The notes: generated by a model from the letters alone, not told the origin. DNA of 64,000 bases from an uncultured Verrucomicrobiae bacterium (GCA_963764165.1 CAVXRD010000001.1:960001-1024000); one strand, 5' to 3'. Shown: positions 46,724 to 57,196, numbered from the stretch's first letter. A program made the numbers and translations.

Positions 46724-48205
46724 TTAGCTTTGGCCGGTTCCGCGAATTGCAATATTTGGCGGACCCCGGAACCGTTTGCGCTCAAAACCGAACCAGGCCA
46801 TGAGCATGAGAGCACCCGTTCCAGCCAGAATGCGCACGGCGATTTCATTGGGCGGCTGCACGCCGATGAAGATCAGGCCCAGGCACCCGATTGTCGAAAT
46901 AATTGCCATCGGCTTGTAGCCTGCGCCGAGGTGCCACGGGCCCATCGCCGTCCAAGTCCGTCCATGCGCCAGCAGGCCGGCGAAAATGGGGAGCACGTAA
47001 GAAATGTAAAGGAACACCGCGCAAACCGCCGCGATGGTGGTGTATTCCACCCAGAACATGAAAGCCAGCGCCAGCCCCGCGCACGCCCAAATCGAGGCGA
47101 AGGGCGTTTTCAGCGTCGGCGACACCTGCCGGAGAAAATCGGAGCCGGGCAGCCCGCCGTCGCGCGCGAACGCAAACATCATGCGCGAAGCCGAGGTGAC
47201 CGTGGCCAATCCGCAAAAATATTGCGCCATCCCGATGCTGACATAGAGCACCATGGCCACCGGTTTCGGCAGAGTGGAGTTCAGGATGAAATAAAACACG
47301 CTGCCGCCCGCTTGGGCCGCCTTGTCCATATCGGGAGCGGCCAGCACCAGCGCGATGAGCATGATCCAGCCGAAAATTCCCGACACTGCCACTGATCGAA
47401 TTATCCCGCGCGGCGCGTTCACGGCGGCGCTGACGGTTTCCTCCGCCGCATGCGCCGAGGCATCAAATCCGGTGATGGTGTAAGCGGGCAGCAGCAACCC
47501 AAGCGCGAACACCCACCAAATTCTGTCGGAGTGAGGCACGACCGCCCCATCCTTGGGAATGCCGCTGTAATTCGCAAACGTCACCAGCCGCGACCAATCC
47601 CAATGCGGCGTGTAATGAAACAACGCCACCGCCAGCGCGATTGAAGCGACCAGGATCAGATAGCCGCAAAAGTCGGTCAGCAGTGTTGTCAATCGAATAC
47701 CTCGATGATTCAGCCACGCCTGGCTGAGGACGATGGCCGCCATTCCGGCGTTGCGAATGGCATGCGCGTGTGGATTCTCTGGCTGAGGAAACGCGCCCAT
47801 CATAAAGTCGTAGAATCCAGCATCCACCGCCGCCGCCACCGTGATGAGTCCGGCCAGATTGCACCACGCCGTGACCCATCCCCACCCTTTGCCTCCCAGA
47901 ATCGAAGCCCAATGATACAATCCGCCCGCCGTCGGAAAAGCTGAGGCAATTTGCGCCATGCTCATCGCCACCACCATCGAGAAAATGCAGAAGAGCGGCC
48001 AGCCGACGCCAATGGACGCTCCTCCCGCCGTGCAGAACCCGACCGAGAATGAGGTGACGCCGCCAGCCAGGATGCAAATGATGGAAAGGGAAATGGCGAA
48101 GTTGGAAAAGCCCGACATGCGCCGGGCCAGTTCCTGTTTATATCCCATCCGCTGCAGCGTCAATTCGTCAGCAGTCAGATTTATTGCCTTCTCGTCTGGT
48201 TCCAT
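46724..48205 (-). CDS. APC-family amino acid/polyamine permease
   Basis: LQRMGYKQELARRMSGFSNFAISLS, AFPTAGGLYHWA, GFDASAHAAEET, FAFARDGGLP. Confidence 0.92.
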   Translation of the reverse strand: MEPDEKAINLTADELTLQRMGYKQELARRMSGFSNFAISLSIICILAGGVTSFSVGFCTAGGASIGVGWPLFCIFSMVVAMSMAQIASAFPTAGGLYHWASILGGKGWGWVTAWCNLAGLITVAAAVDAGFYDFMMGAFPQPENPHAHAIRNAGMAAIVLSQAWLNHRGIRLTTLLTDFCGYLILVASIALAVALFHYTPHWDWSRLVTFANYSGIPKDGAVVPHSDRIWWVFALGLLLPAYTITGFDASAHAAEETVSAAVNAPRGIIRSVAVSGIFGWIMLIALVLAAPDMDKAAQAGGSVFYFILNSTLPKPVAMVLYVSIGMAQYFCGLATVTSASRMMFAFARDGGLPGSDFLRQVSPTLKTPFASIWACAGLALAFMFWVEYTTIAAVCAVFLYISYVLPIFAGLLAHGRTWTAMGPWHLGAGYKPMAIISTIGCLGLIFIGVQPPNEIAVRILAGTGALMLMAWFGFERKRFRGPPNIAIRGTGQS

Positions 48206-48217
48206 TTTAACAACGCC

Positions 48218-48356
48218 CGGCAGGGCGGGGCTGCCTCCTGCCGAGCCATTCCGATTATTCCCATCACTCCCATTCCTCCCATCTCCCCTGCGAATAATGG
48301 AATAATGGGAATTATGAAAGTGATGGGACGGCTCGGGAGGAGCCTCGCCCTTCCGG
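48218..48356. repeat. REP doublet, family B (degenerate), with an inner palindrome
   Basis: GGCAGGGCGGGGCTGCCTCCTGCCGAGCC ... GGCTCGGGAGGAGCCTCGCCCTTCC. Inner TTCCCATCACT / AGTGATGGGA arms. Confidence 0.75.
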
Positions 48357-48374
48357 CTTCATTTATTGGCGCAA

Positions 48375-49442
48375 TCACCCGGGGCGATTGGGCTGCACCA
48401 CAGCCAGCCCTTTCAAAAGATCAAGCGCCCGCGCCAGCGCCGGATCGGCGACCACGGGCGCGGGATCCGCAAGGTCCGGCGCATCGCGCAAGTCGGGAGC
48501 GGCATTGTCATCGCCGCTCTTGTGGCGGCGAATCAAACTGACTTCGTTAAGGCGCGGTTCCTCCGGGGCGGCATTCGCGAAGCCCCTCTTTGCGATTGCG
48601 GCCTGATGCAGAATCGCGAACGGATTCTGCATGTATGCTTTTTCATCCGCCGCGCTCGTGTTGATTTCGATATCCGGCGCGACGCCCTGCGGCAATGTTT
48701 TGCCATCGCCAAAAGCGACGTCGGCCACCGCCACCCGCAATTGGCTTCCGTTGCTCAGCGGGAATTCTTTGTAAACGTAGGCTGCTCCGGGCGTTTGCGA
48801 GCCGATGACAAGGCCGGCGCTGTTGTCGCGCAGCACGGCGGCGAGCGCTTCCGCCGCGCCCGTCGTTTCGGCGTTGACCAATATGGCGAGCGGAATCGTA
48901 ATGGCGTCGGCTTTGAGGGTGGCGTGGGCGGAACCCGTCCGCCAGTCAAGCAGCGGATGATCGGAATTGAGAAAGCAATCGGCCACTTTCGCCGCCGCCG
49001 CGTAATCCGCGCCGCCGGCAAAACGCAAATCGAGCACCAGCCCCTTGATCCTGGCGGCATTGGTTTGCCCCAATTGCTGAAAGGCCGCGCGAAACGTGTC
49101 AGGAAGATTTGCGGTGATCGCCGCCACGCCAATATAGCCAAACGATTTGTCAAATACACGCTGATCCGCGATGGTGGCCGCCTTGGACGTGTCCGCCGCC
49201 GGGCTTACGATGGAAACTTTGGGGCCCAATTCGTGAATCAATCCCATGACGGCTTTACGGTCCAATTGCTCCGCCGAAATCCCGGGAAGATTCGCCTTCA
49301 GCAATTTGGAGACTTCCTCCAGGGTCGGTCCCGCATGGGTGGCTTGTGCTGCGCTCGTTGGGGCGGAGTTGGATTGGGCCATCGCGGCGGGCGCGAGCGC
49401 GGCCAGCAGCATGGACAGCAGCATCGTTTTCGTTCTCATCAT
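48375..49442 (-). CDS. S41 (tail-specific protease) family homologue, likely non-catalytic
   Basis: GYIGV, GLVLDLR, LVNAETTGAAEALA, IGSQTPG, GVAPDI, DPALARALDLL. Signal peptide present. Confidence 0.8.
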   Translation of the reverse strand: MMRTKTMLLSMLLAALAPAAMAQSNSAPTSAAQATHAGPTLEEVSKLLKANLPGISAEQLDRKAVMGLIHELGPKVSIVSPAADTSKAATIADQRVFDKSFGYIGVAAITANLPDTFRAAFQQLGQTNAARIKGLVLDLRFAGGADYAAAAKVADCFLNSDHPLLDWRTGSAHATLKADAITIPLAILVNAETTGAAEALAAVLRDNSAGLVIGSQTPGAAYVYKEFPLSNGSQLRVAVADVAFGDGKTLPQGVAPDIEINTSAADEKAYMQNPFAILHQAAIAKRGFANAAPEEPRLNEVSLIRRHKSGDDNAAPDLRDAPDLADPAPVVADPALARALDLLKGLAVVQPNRPG

Positions 49443-49451
49443 CGGATTGGA

Positions 49452-50753
49452 TTATTCTCGGATGGCGGCTATCGCCTTCGCGCCAATATCGCGCCGAAAT
49501 TGCGCGCCGTCGAATTGAATCTGGCTGACAGCGGCGTAGGCCCGATTGCGCGCTTCGGCCAGCGTCTCGCCCAGGGCGGTCACACCCAGCACGCGCCCGC
49601 CGGCGGTGACAACGTTGTTCCCCTCCCGCGCGGTGCCGGCGTGAAAGATTTTCGTGTGCGGCAAGAGGCTCGCTTCTTCGAGACCTCGAATCACGCATCC
49701 CTTTTTCGCCGCGGCCGGGTAACCCGCCGACGCCATCACCACGCATGCCGCCACGCCGCCATATTGAATATCGCAATCCCCCAAAGTTCCGTCGATGCAC
49801 GCTTCGAGCAGATCGAGCAGATCGGTTTTGAGGCGCATCAAATAAACCTGCGCCTCCGGATCGCCCAGCCGCGCGTTGAATTCCAAGACTTTTGGGCCGT
49901 CATTGGTGAGCATCACTCCCGGATAAAGAACACCGCGAAAATCGATGCCCTCCGCCGCGCACCCGCGCACCCATGGGCCGAGGACGGCGTGCGAAACGGC
50001 TTCCAATTCGGGCGCGCTCAGAAAAGGCGTGGGCGAATACGCGCCCATGCCGCCGGTGTTGGGGCCGGTGTCATTTTCGCCAATGCGCTTGTGATCCTGG
50101 GACGTTGGAAAAATCCGGGTTGTTTTTCCATCGCACCACGCGTGCAGGGAAATTTCCATGCCCTCCAGCATTTCCTGGATGACGATGCGTTTTCCTGCCG
50201 GCCCGAACTTGTGGCCGACCAGCATTTCGTCGATGGCCTCGTTCGCTTCGGCCGCGTTTCGGCAAAGCAAGACGCCTTTTCCCAAGGCCAGCCCGTCCGC
50301 CTTGACAGCGCATTTGCCCTCCAGCGCCGCGGCGAAATCCCGGGCGGGCGCGGCTTCGGAAAAGACCATCGAGCGGGCCGTCGGAATTCCGTGCTTCTCC
50401 ATGAAATACTGGGAAAACGCCTTGGACGATTCAAATTGCGCCGCCTTGCGATTGGGCCCCCAAACGCGCAGGCCGTGCGACTGGAACAGATCAACAATGC
50501 CGAGCGCCAGCGGATTGTCCGGGCCGACGACGGTAAAATCGATATTTTTCCCGTTCGCCAGCGCCAAAAGCCCCGGCAAATCCTCCGCCGAGACGCTGGC
50601 GCATTGGACGGGCGACCCGCTGGCGGCAACAGTTTCCGCAGCAATTCCCGCATTGCCAGGCGCGCACCAAATGGCGGACGCCCGCGCCGATTGCGCGAGT
50701 TTCCAGACCAGCGCATGTTCGCGCCCCCCGGAGCCGATGACCAGAATTCTCAT
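49452..50753 (-). CDS. purD: Phosphoribosylamine-glycine ligase
   Basis: LVIGSGGREHAL, APGNAG, VKADGLALGKGV, QDHKR, GPNTGGMGAY, EFNARLGDPE, GGRVL. Confidence 0.96.
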   Translation of the reverse strand: MRILVIGSGGREHALVWKLAQSARASAIWCAPGNAGIAAETVAASGSPVQCASVSAEDLPGLLALANGKNIDFTVVGPDNPLALGIVDLFQSHGLRVWGPNRKAAQFESSKAFSQYFMEKHGIPTARSMVFSEAAPARDFAAALEGKCAVKADGLALGKGVLLCRNAAEANEAIDEMLVGHKFGPAGKRIVIQEMLEGMEISLHAWCDGKTTRIFPTSQDHKRIGENDTGPNTGGMGAYSPTPFLSAPELEAVSHAVLGPWVRGCAAEGIDFRGVLYPGVMLTNDGPKVLEFNARLGDPEAQVYLMRLKTDLLDLLEACIDGTLGDCDIQYGGVAACVVMASAGYPAAAKKGCVIRGLEEASLLPHTKIFHAGTAREGNNVVTAGGRVLGVTALGETLAEARNRAYAAVSQIQFDGAQFRRDIGAKAIAAIRE

Positions 50754-51122
50754 GTGCGCCAAATTGAAGCAGGAACAATTCGGAGAAGCCAGTTCGCTGT
50801 TGCGTTCGGAAAAGAGGAATTTCTTAATCTGGAACTCATGAAATCAGGAAAAAGCGCGATCTTCGGAAAAATAGTCGAATTTGCTCCACTTTGGCCGCGC
50901 GCAGCGCGCTGCCGGTTCATCAAAGCTAATTTCGGCGCCAGCCAAGCAAATGCGGGGGTCGAAGGTCTCCGCCACTTGCTTTTGCAGGGCACTCTCCAAA
51001 GGCCAACAGAAGGCAACAAAGGCAACGAAGAACTGCTAATCCGCACCCACACACCCGTTGGTTTGAACAGTTTCAGCTCAGCCATTCATCCCGTTGATCC
51101 CGTCTCAATTTCTTCCCATGGG

Positions 51123-52202
51123 TCACGGCTTGGGCGCCACCGCAATGCCCCACGGGCTTTTGCCCGCCTTGACTTTCTGCAATTCGGCTTCCGTGGCCAG
51201 GTCGATGATCGAGATGTCATTGGAGGGGCCGTTGGCGGAATACAAAAGCTTGCCGTCGGGGGAAATCACAATTCCCCACGGGCGCTGGCCGGCTTTGATG
51301 AATTTGATCAGCGCATGGGAAGTGGCGTCCATTTCGCAAATCGTTCCGGCCCGCCCTGTTCCAGCATAAACTTTCTTCCCGTCCGGCGAAACCTTGACGC
51401 ACATCGGACGCGAGCCTTTCGGCAAGGCGATGGTTTCCAGCGGCACATGCTTGACTGAATCGATCACGTGCATTTGCCCGGCGGATTCCGACGGAATAAA
51501 CGCGCGCGAACCGTCGGGCAGAAAATCAACCGAACGCGGGCGGCCGCCGACGTTGAAGTGATTGATGACTTGGAAGGAGGCCGCATCAATCGCAAAAATT
51601 TCGCCGTCCGTTTCGCAGGTCACGTAAAATACCTTGCCATCGGGCATGAGGCCAACGCCTTCGGGTTCCTTGTGAACCGGAATGATTTTTTCCACTTTGC
51701 CGCTCGCGATGTTGAGCACGCTGGCGGTGGCGACATCCTCGTTTGAAATGAACAGGCGCTTGCCATCCGGGCTGACGGCGAATTGCTCCGGATCAGAACC
51801 GGCTGGCAATTTTCCCACTACCTTTTGCTGCGTGACATCAATCATCGCAATGCCGTCGGCGGACTTGTCGGATTTCTTGGCGTCATCGTCATCGTCGTCC
51901 TTGCCTCGCTGGAAAATTGGATTGCCATTGGCATCGAGCTTCGGCGGCGGCTCGGGGGGAGTTCCGCTCACAGCTACGTAAACCGTCTTGCCGTCGGGGC
52001 TGACGTGGATTCCGCGCGGGCGCTTCCCAACTGGAATCGTGGCAACGACATTGCGCGAGACGCCGTCAATGACAGTCACGTCGTCGGAGCGTTCGTTGGT
52101 TACGTAAACTAAATAGTTTGGTTCGCCGCGGGCGGCCAGCGCCGCCACGATCATGCCGCCAACAACCAAAGCCGCCCTTGATTTCATCACAAGTTTTTTC
52201 AT
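51123..52202 (-). CDS. YVTN-family beta-propeller repeat protein
   Basis: VYVTNE, IPVGKRPRGIHVSPDGK, GSDPEQFAVSPDG, GQRPWGIVISPDGK, GKSPWGI. Signal peptide present. Confidence 0.88.
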   Translation of the reverse strand: MKKLVMKSRAALVVGGMIVAALAARGEPNYLVYVTNERSDDVTVIDGVSRNVVATIPVGKRPRGIHVSPDGKTVYVAVSGTPPEPPPKLDANGNPIFQRGKDDDDDDAKKSDKSADGIAMIDVTQQKVVGKLPAGSDPEQFAVSPDGKRLFISNEDVATASVLNIASGKVEKIIPVHKEPEGVGLMPDGKVFYVTCETDGEIFAIDAASFQVINHFNVGGRPRSVDFLPDGSRAFIPSESAGQMHVIDSVKHVPLETIALPKGSRPMCVKVSPDGKKVYAGTGRAGTICEMDATSHALIKFIKAGQRPWGIVISPDGKLLYSANGPSNDISIIDLATEAELQKVKAGKSPWGIAVAPKP

Positions 52203-52276
52203 AAAGACCGCAACCGCAGAGGAATATCTCACATCCTGCGCCAATGAAAAGGAGGAACGGGGAAGCCACAGGGTGA

Positions 52277-52396
52277 GGGGTGCAGGACAAAATTCTTCTG
52301 CCGCCGAGGCGGCAGAGGCGTCTTGCCTCTGGCGGGCTAATTCAGCGGCGGGACGCCGCTGCCACTCTGCTCGTGAAGAATTTTGTCCTGCACTCC
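52277..52396. mobile_element. 120-bp MITE-like element with 22-bp TIRs enclosing a REP-like palindrome
   Basis: GGGGTGCAGGACAAAATTCTTC ... GAAGAATTTTGTCCTGCACTCC (one mismatch). AGGGTG occurs in both flanks. Confidence 0.6.
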
Positions 52397-52439
52397 AGGG
52401 TGTGATTGGAAGCGGGTGAGGGACGCAGCTCGTCCGGCG

Positions 52440-52546
52440 CGGCTGTGTCGAAGACCAGCCGCAGCGCGTTGAACCGACAGGCGCGCCTGTTGATCCCAGC
52501 ATGCTGCGGCTGGTCCTTTGTCGCTTCGCTCCGTCAAACACAGCCG
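52440..52546. repeat. Palindromic repeat element
   Basis: CGGCTGTGTCGAAGACCAGCCGCAGC ... GCTGCGGCTGGTC ... ACACAGCCG. Confidence 0.6.
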
Positions 52547-52652
52547 TATCTCCTGGCCACCTTGGACCGCGCTCGACGGCCAGGCGCACGCCGCCTCAAA
52601 GTTCTTCAGAAAATCTGTGTTGATCTGTGTAAATCTGTGGCCGCCCACGCAG

Positions 52653-54971
52653 CTATTCCTCAACGGGCGGGATGGACTGGATGGTCGGTGGCGCGTTGGT
52701 TCCAGTGTCGCGGCTCTTGCGCTTCGCCTTCTTCTCTTCGTCTTTCTTGGCGGCCTTGGCGCGCTGCTCAGCTTCCCGTGAAAGCCGCTCCTCGATACTT
52801 TTGTTGCGGCGCTGCTCATCCAGTCGAATTTCCAACTCGGCCTCCTTGACGCCGGAAAGTTTGTCCCGTTCTTGCGTGGCAACGACAGCGGCCAATTCCG
52901 GATCTTTCAACACCGTCGGGCGCATGAGCATGATCAATTCGGTGCGAAGGTTTTGCACCGAACGGCTCTTGAACAAATTGCCGATCCAGGGGATGTCCTT
53001 CAAACCCGGAATGCCGGAGTCCGACAAACTGCGGCTGTCACTGATAAATCCGCCAAGGATGATGGTCTCGCCATCCTTCACGGCGACCTTCGCGCCGGCC
53101 TGGCGCTTGGTGGTGGTCGGAACGCCGCCGACACCGGAAATCTGCACGTCGGGCCCGAGTTGCTCGACGTCCGCCTGGATGTCCATCACGACCAATCCGT
53201 CCTGGTTGATGAGAGGCAGCACCTGCAAATGAATGCCTACCTCCAATTGCGTGTATTGCGAGCTTGGGCCCGAGCCGTAACCGTAGTTGTAAGTGCCCGT
53301 GACATAGGGAACTGTATTTCCGATGAACAGATCGGCGGGGACGGCGTGGGAGGTTTGAATGCGCGGGCGCGAAAGAACATTCACGCGGCTGTCACCTGCC
53401 ACCGCTTCCATGACGACATTAAGGTCATTGCCGAATTTGGCGAAGTAGCTGAATCCACCCGGCAGATTGGCCAGGGTCGATCCGCTGACGGTCGAAGCCG
53501 TGCCCGCGGCGTTGGTGGTGGTGCTCGAAGAACCGGTCAAAAAGCTCAAGGCTGAGGAACTCAAATTGTTGAGGCCGCCCGCGCCGGTAAAGCTGCCGCC
53601 GCCCTGGCGCTGGACGAGGTAGCTGACGCCCGTCGACTCGGTGCCAGTCAAGTTGATTTCCATGACGATGGCGTCAATAAGAACTTGCGGCAGCACAACA
53701 TCCAATTTGTCGATGATGTTGGTGATCATCTTCATGTCTTCGTCATTGGCGAAGACCAGGAGCGAATTGGTGCGCTCGTCGGCGATAATCTTGGTCTGGC
53801 CGAAAAGCTGGAATTGCCCGGCCCCGGCCGCGTTCTGGACAATCCGTCCGAGATTCTGCTGGAAGCTGCTTCGGCCAGCCGTGCCCGCGGAGCTGAGGGG
53901 GCTGGTGCCGGCGGCCTGCCCCGCGTAACCGCCATTAATGCCGCCTGAGCTGCCAAACGCGCCGCCGCTGCCGCCAAAACCCGAGCCGGAGCCCGAATTG
54001 CCGAAGCCGTTGCCGCTGCGGGAGCCGCTGCCGCCAAAACTCGTGGCCCCGGAACTGCTCTTGCCGACCGAGCCGCCGCCGCTGGCGCCCAATTGGCTGA
54101 GCGCCTGCGAAATATCACTCGCCAGCGCATAACGAATTTTGATGATCTGGGGCTTGATGGCGTTCGGCGTCAGCACGTCGACCCGGTGGACCATTTCGAT
54201 CATGCGGTCGACGTTTTCGGCGTAATCCCGGAGGATGAGCGTCTGCGTGCTGGGCAGGGCGATGATGGCCTTGTCCATCCGGGAGAAGGGCTGGAGAATA
54301 TCCACCAGGTCCTGAAGCGCGACGTATTTAATCTGGATGACCTGCGTGATCATTTTGCCGGCTTTGGCAAGATCACTGAAATTGGTGGAGATGGGCCCGC
54401 CTTCTTTTCCAGCCTGCGCTTCCACCGTGACTTTGACAAATTTGTCACCCACCGGAACCGGAGTGATGCCGTTCATCCCCAGGATCATTTCGAGCGCCTG
54501 AATGGCTTGGGTTTTGGTCAGGGGGCTTTGCGTTTTGAGGGTAATGGTGGTGTCCTTTAAATTGATGGCGGACGGCCCCGAACTGGAGGCCAAAACAGTG
54601 CGCCCCACCAGATCGGCATAAAGATCGAGCAATTGCCCCACAGGCACGGACGGAAAATTATAGGTGATGTCCGCCGGTTCATTCGTCCCGGCCAGGGAAT
54701 TCGTCGCCCCAGGGCCGCTGGCTGCGGGGGGCGAACCAGGGGCAGGCATACCGGCCAAATTCGGGTTGGCGTTGGCGCCGGCGCTCGGGCTGGGGGGACC
54801 GACGGGCGCGACGACGGGCGCGTTGGCCGAAGTTGCAGGCACGGCAGGGAGGCTGGAACGGTGCGCAGGCGGAATAGGGCGCGAAGGAACAGGCGGCACC
54901 TGCGCTTGGGCGCCAAGTCCTGCCAGAAAAAACAACAGCAGAAAGAGTGGCCTTAGATTTTTTCGATTCAT
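52653..54971 (-). CDS. gspD: Type II secretion secretin
   Basis: IIADERTNSLLV, LDVVLPQVLIDAIVME, VLSRPRI, VKDGETIILGGFI, GIPGLKDIPWIGNLF, RTELIMLMRPTV. Confidence 0.92.
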   Translation of the reverse strand: MNRKNLRPLFLLLFFLAGLGAQAQVPPVPSRPIPPAHRSSLPAVPATSANAPVVAPVGPPSPSAGANANPNLAGMPAPGSPPAASGPGATNSLAGTNEPADITYNFPSVPVGQLLDLYADLVGRTVLASSSGPSAINLKDTTITLKTQSPLTKTQAIQALEMILGMNGITPVPVGDKFVKVTVEAQAGKEGGPISTNFSDLAKAGKMITQVIQIKYVALQDLVDILQPFSRMDKAIIALPSTQTLILRDYAENVDRMIEMVHRVDVLTPNAIKPQIIKIRYALASDISQALSQLGASGGGSVGKSSSGATSFGGSGSRSGNGFGNSGSGSGFGGSGGAFGSSGGINGGYAGQAAGTSPLSSAGTAGRSSFQQNLGRIVQNAAGAGQFQLFGQTKIIADERTNSLLVFANDEDMKMITNIIDKLDVVLPQVLIDAIVMEINLTGTESTGVSYLVQRQGGGSFTGAGGLNNLSSSALSFLTGSSSTTTNAAGTASTVSGSTLANLPGGFSYFAKFGNDLNVVMEAVAGDSRVNVLSRPRIQTSHAVPADLFIGNTVPYVTGTYNYGYGSGPSSQYTQLEVGIHLQVLPLINQDGLVVMDIQADVEQLGPDVQISGVGGVPTTTKRQAGAKVAVKDGETIILGGFISDSRSLSDSGIPGLKDIPWIGNLFKSRSVQNLRTELIMLMRPTVLKDPELAAVVATQERDKLSGVKEAELEIRLDEQRRNKSIEERLSREAEQRAKAAKKDEEKKAKRKSRDTGTNAPPTIQSIPPVEE

Positions 54972-54986
54972 AGGTTTGGACAAGGT

Positions 54987-55841
54987 CTAATCCGGAGGAT
55001 TGGAGCCGCGTTTGGGCAATTGCTTCGCCGGCTTCGCCGGCTGCGCCGATGGGTTGGAATTAAACCCCGGGGGCTTCACATTCGGCGGCGTGTTCGGCTG
55101 GTGGCGTGGCGCCTGATTGGGTGACGGAGGTCCGGGGTTTGGATTTGACCGCGGATTTGGCCTGGCCGGGCTGGCATTCACGGTCGGCTTGGCAGTCCCA
55201 GGCTGAGGCTTGGCCGCCACTTTCGGGCCGGGCTTGGCGACAGACGGCTTGGGCCCGGCTGCGGGAACTTGCCGGGTGTAACTCGCCGTCAGCGTCAGGT
55301 TGCCCCGGAGCTTGTAGCGATTGGCGTCCAGAGGCTTGAGATCCAATCTGGCCACCCGGATCATGGCCGGGTCGTTTCCCATGTTGTAAAGAAAGTTCAC
55401 CAATTGCTCCTCTTCGCTCTCCATGGTCAGATTGAGCGAATGCTCCTCGAAGAACTGATCGTTCGTCTTGACAGCGCCCGCGCTCTGGCTGGAGACAATG
55501 ACGCCGGTTTTCCGCTCCTGTGTCATCACGGTGTTCTGCAATTGGATCTGCGGATCAGCGACCTGGGGCGCGCTCATGTTGCCGCCTTCTTGGACTTCCT
55601 GTTTGACCAGCTTTGCCACTTGATCGCGCAAGCCGTTGGCCGCGGTGTCTTCCTCGATCAGTTTCTGTTCGCTGGCGGCATCGCTGCGAATTTTGGCCAG
55701 CTGCTTTTTAAGGGCGCCCCATTCGCCGAAATGCGGCCAGACAAAGAGGAAATTCAAAACCACAATCACCACCAGGAAGATGATGGCGAGGGTGCGGCGC
55801 TCACCCGGCGTCAGATTATACTGGCTGAGAAGGTTATTCAT
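54987..55841 (-). CDS. GspM/PilO-like inner-membrane platform protein with Pro-rich tail
   Basis: LTPGERR followed by a TM helix, a coiled coil and a ferredoxin-like segment (LVNFLYNM...IRVARLDL). Lies between the GspL-like gene and gspD. Confidence 0.7.
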   Translation of the reverse strand: MNNLLSQYNLTPGERRTLAIIFLVVIVVLNFLFVWPHFGEWGALKKQLAKIRSDAASEQKLIEEDTAANGLRDQVAKLVKQEVQEGGNMSAPQVADPQIQLQNTVMTQERKTGVIVSSQSAGAVKTNDQFFEEHSLNLTMESEEEQLVNFLYNMGNDPAMIRVARLDLKPLDANRYKLRGNLTLTASYTRQVPAAGPKPSVAKPGPKVAAKPQPGTAKPTVNASPARPNPRSNPNPGPPSPNQAPRHQPNTPPNVKPPGFNSNPSAQPAKPAKQLPKRGSNPPD

Positions 55842-57196
55842 TGCCGGCATTTTTCAAGGTGCAGGAGAAGCGCCACTTCGATTGGGATGGAAAAGCGGGA
55901 GGCGAGACATCCGCGAAAAGAGTCTCGTTCGGATTGTTGGGGCTGGTGGCATTGCGCAGGGACGCGTTGAAATCCAACACCGTCTGGTCGTCTTCGGCGG
56001 CGACGGATCCCCACAGCTCAAGCTTCTGGTGGTCGAAAGAAAGGTTGTCGATGGAGACATTTTCCGGGACGTTCTCCGCCACCACTTTCCAGCAATCCAA
56101 CGCCGCATATTTCAACGCGTCGCGCTGATGAAGTATCCGAAGCTGGGCCACGTCCTTTTGCGCATTGGTGTAGGCGACACCCAACACAGCCAGGTTGCCT
56201 TGCTCGATGTTAAATTGGTGCTTGAGCGCAAAGAGCGCGCTGAAATAAATCAGCACGCCAATGATATACAAACTCAACACCGCGAACGCCCCGCGCATCC
56301 ACAGGCCGTCGATAAATTGCTGGCGGTAGCGCTTGGCATATTCCGGCGGCAGCAAATTTGTGCTGTCGTCCCCGCCGACGCGCTGGGCGCCACGCGCGAT
56401 CAATTGGCCCTCCGGCAGCGGCGCGATGACGTTGACCTCCTGGCCTCCATCGGCAAAAATCGATTCCCAGTATTTCCCCTCGGTCAAGGTTGCCACCAAA
56501 TAAATCCTCGGCGAACCGGGCAGCCAGCCTTCCAATTCTCCGGCCCACGCGATCTGCTCGATTTGCGTTTTTAATTGCTGGCCGCGCTCCAAGCCGGCGG
56601 AAATCGGCATGAAGGTGATGTTTTGCACCATCCCGCCAAACCACCAGGCCGCCAGGGCCGGTTCACCCAGCGCCCCGATCACAATCCAAACCCCGTCATC
56701 GCGAATATTCAGCGCCAGCAATTGGTCCAGGCCGGGGGCTTCAAGGCGGTCGGCCAAAAACCCGTTGCCTTCCAACTGTCCAAGATATTCCTCGACGGCG
56801 GCGCGCCCGGCAATGATCACGATCACTGTGCGAAGCGTTTCCGGCTTCGGATCGACTACCGGCATCATGTACGCGCTCCAGAACGATTTGCGTGACCGGC
56901 AGCGGAGAAAGTTTCTCCAACTGCAATTCCACCATCTGTTTGACTTCGGAAATGTCGCCGGCTGGGAGCTGCACGGCGCGCAGGAAAACGCGGTCGGGCG
57001 GAAGGATGGCGATGTTCAGCTTGGGCCGGAGCAGCGTTTTCCAATCCTTGGTGGCCACTCCCGCAGGCAGCGGATCGCTGGCCAGCAGGGACTTCTCCCC
57101 TTGCACCACAAACCCATCGCCGCTGGCGTCCAGCCGCCATAAACGGCGCCCGGCGGCGTTTGGATTTACAACAATAGCAGATTGCCAGCGCGCCAT
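55834..57196 (-). CDS. GspL/PilM-PilN-like protein; single-base frameshift at ~56882
   Basis: VFLRAVQLP...MVELQLEKLSPLPVTQIV joins WSAYMMPVV if one base is removed. NLLPPEY precedes a TM helix and a PilN-like domain. Confidence 0.72.

Noticed and set aside
48366..51458. 1030-aa plus-strand ORF
   Set aside because: Antisense shadow of the S41-like gene, purD and the YVTN gene. It has no recognisable motifs, and such shadows are expected with GC-rich codon bias.
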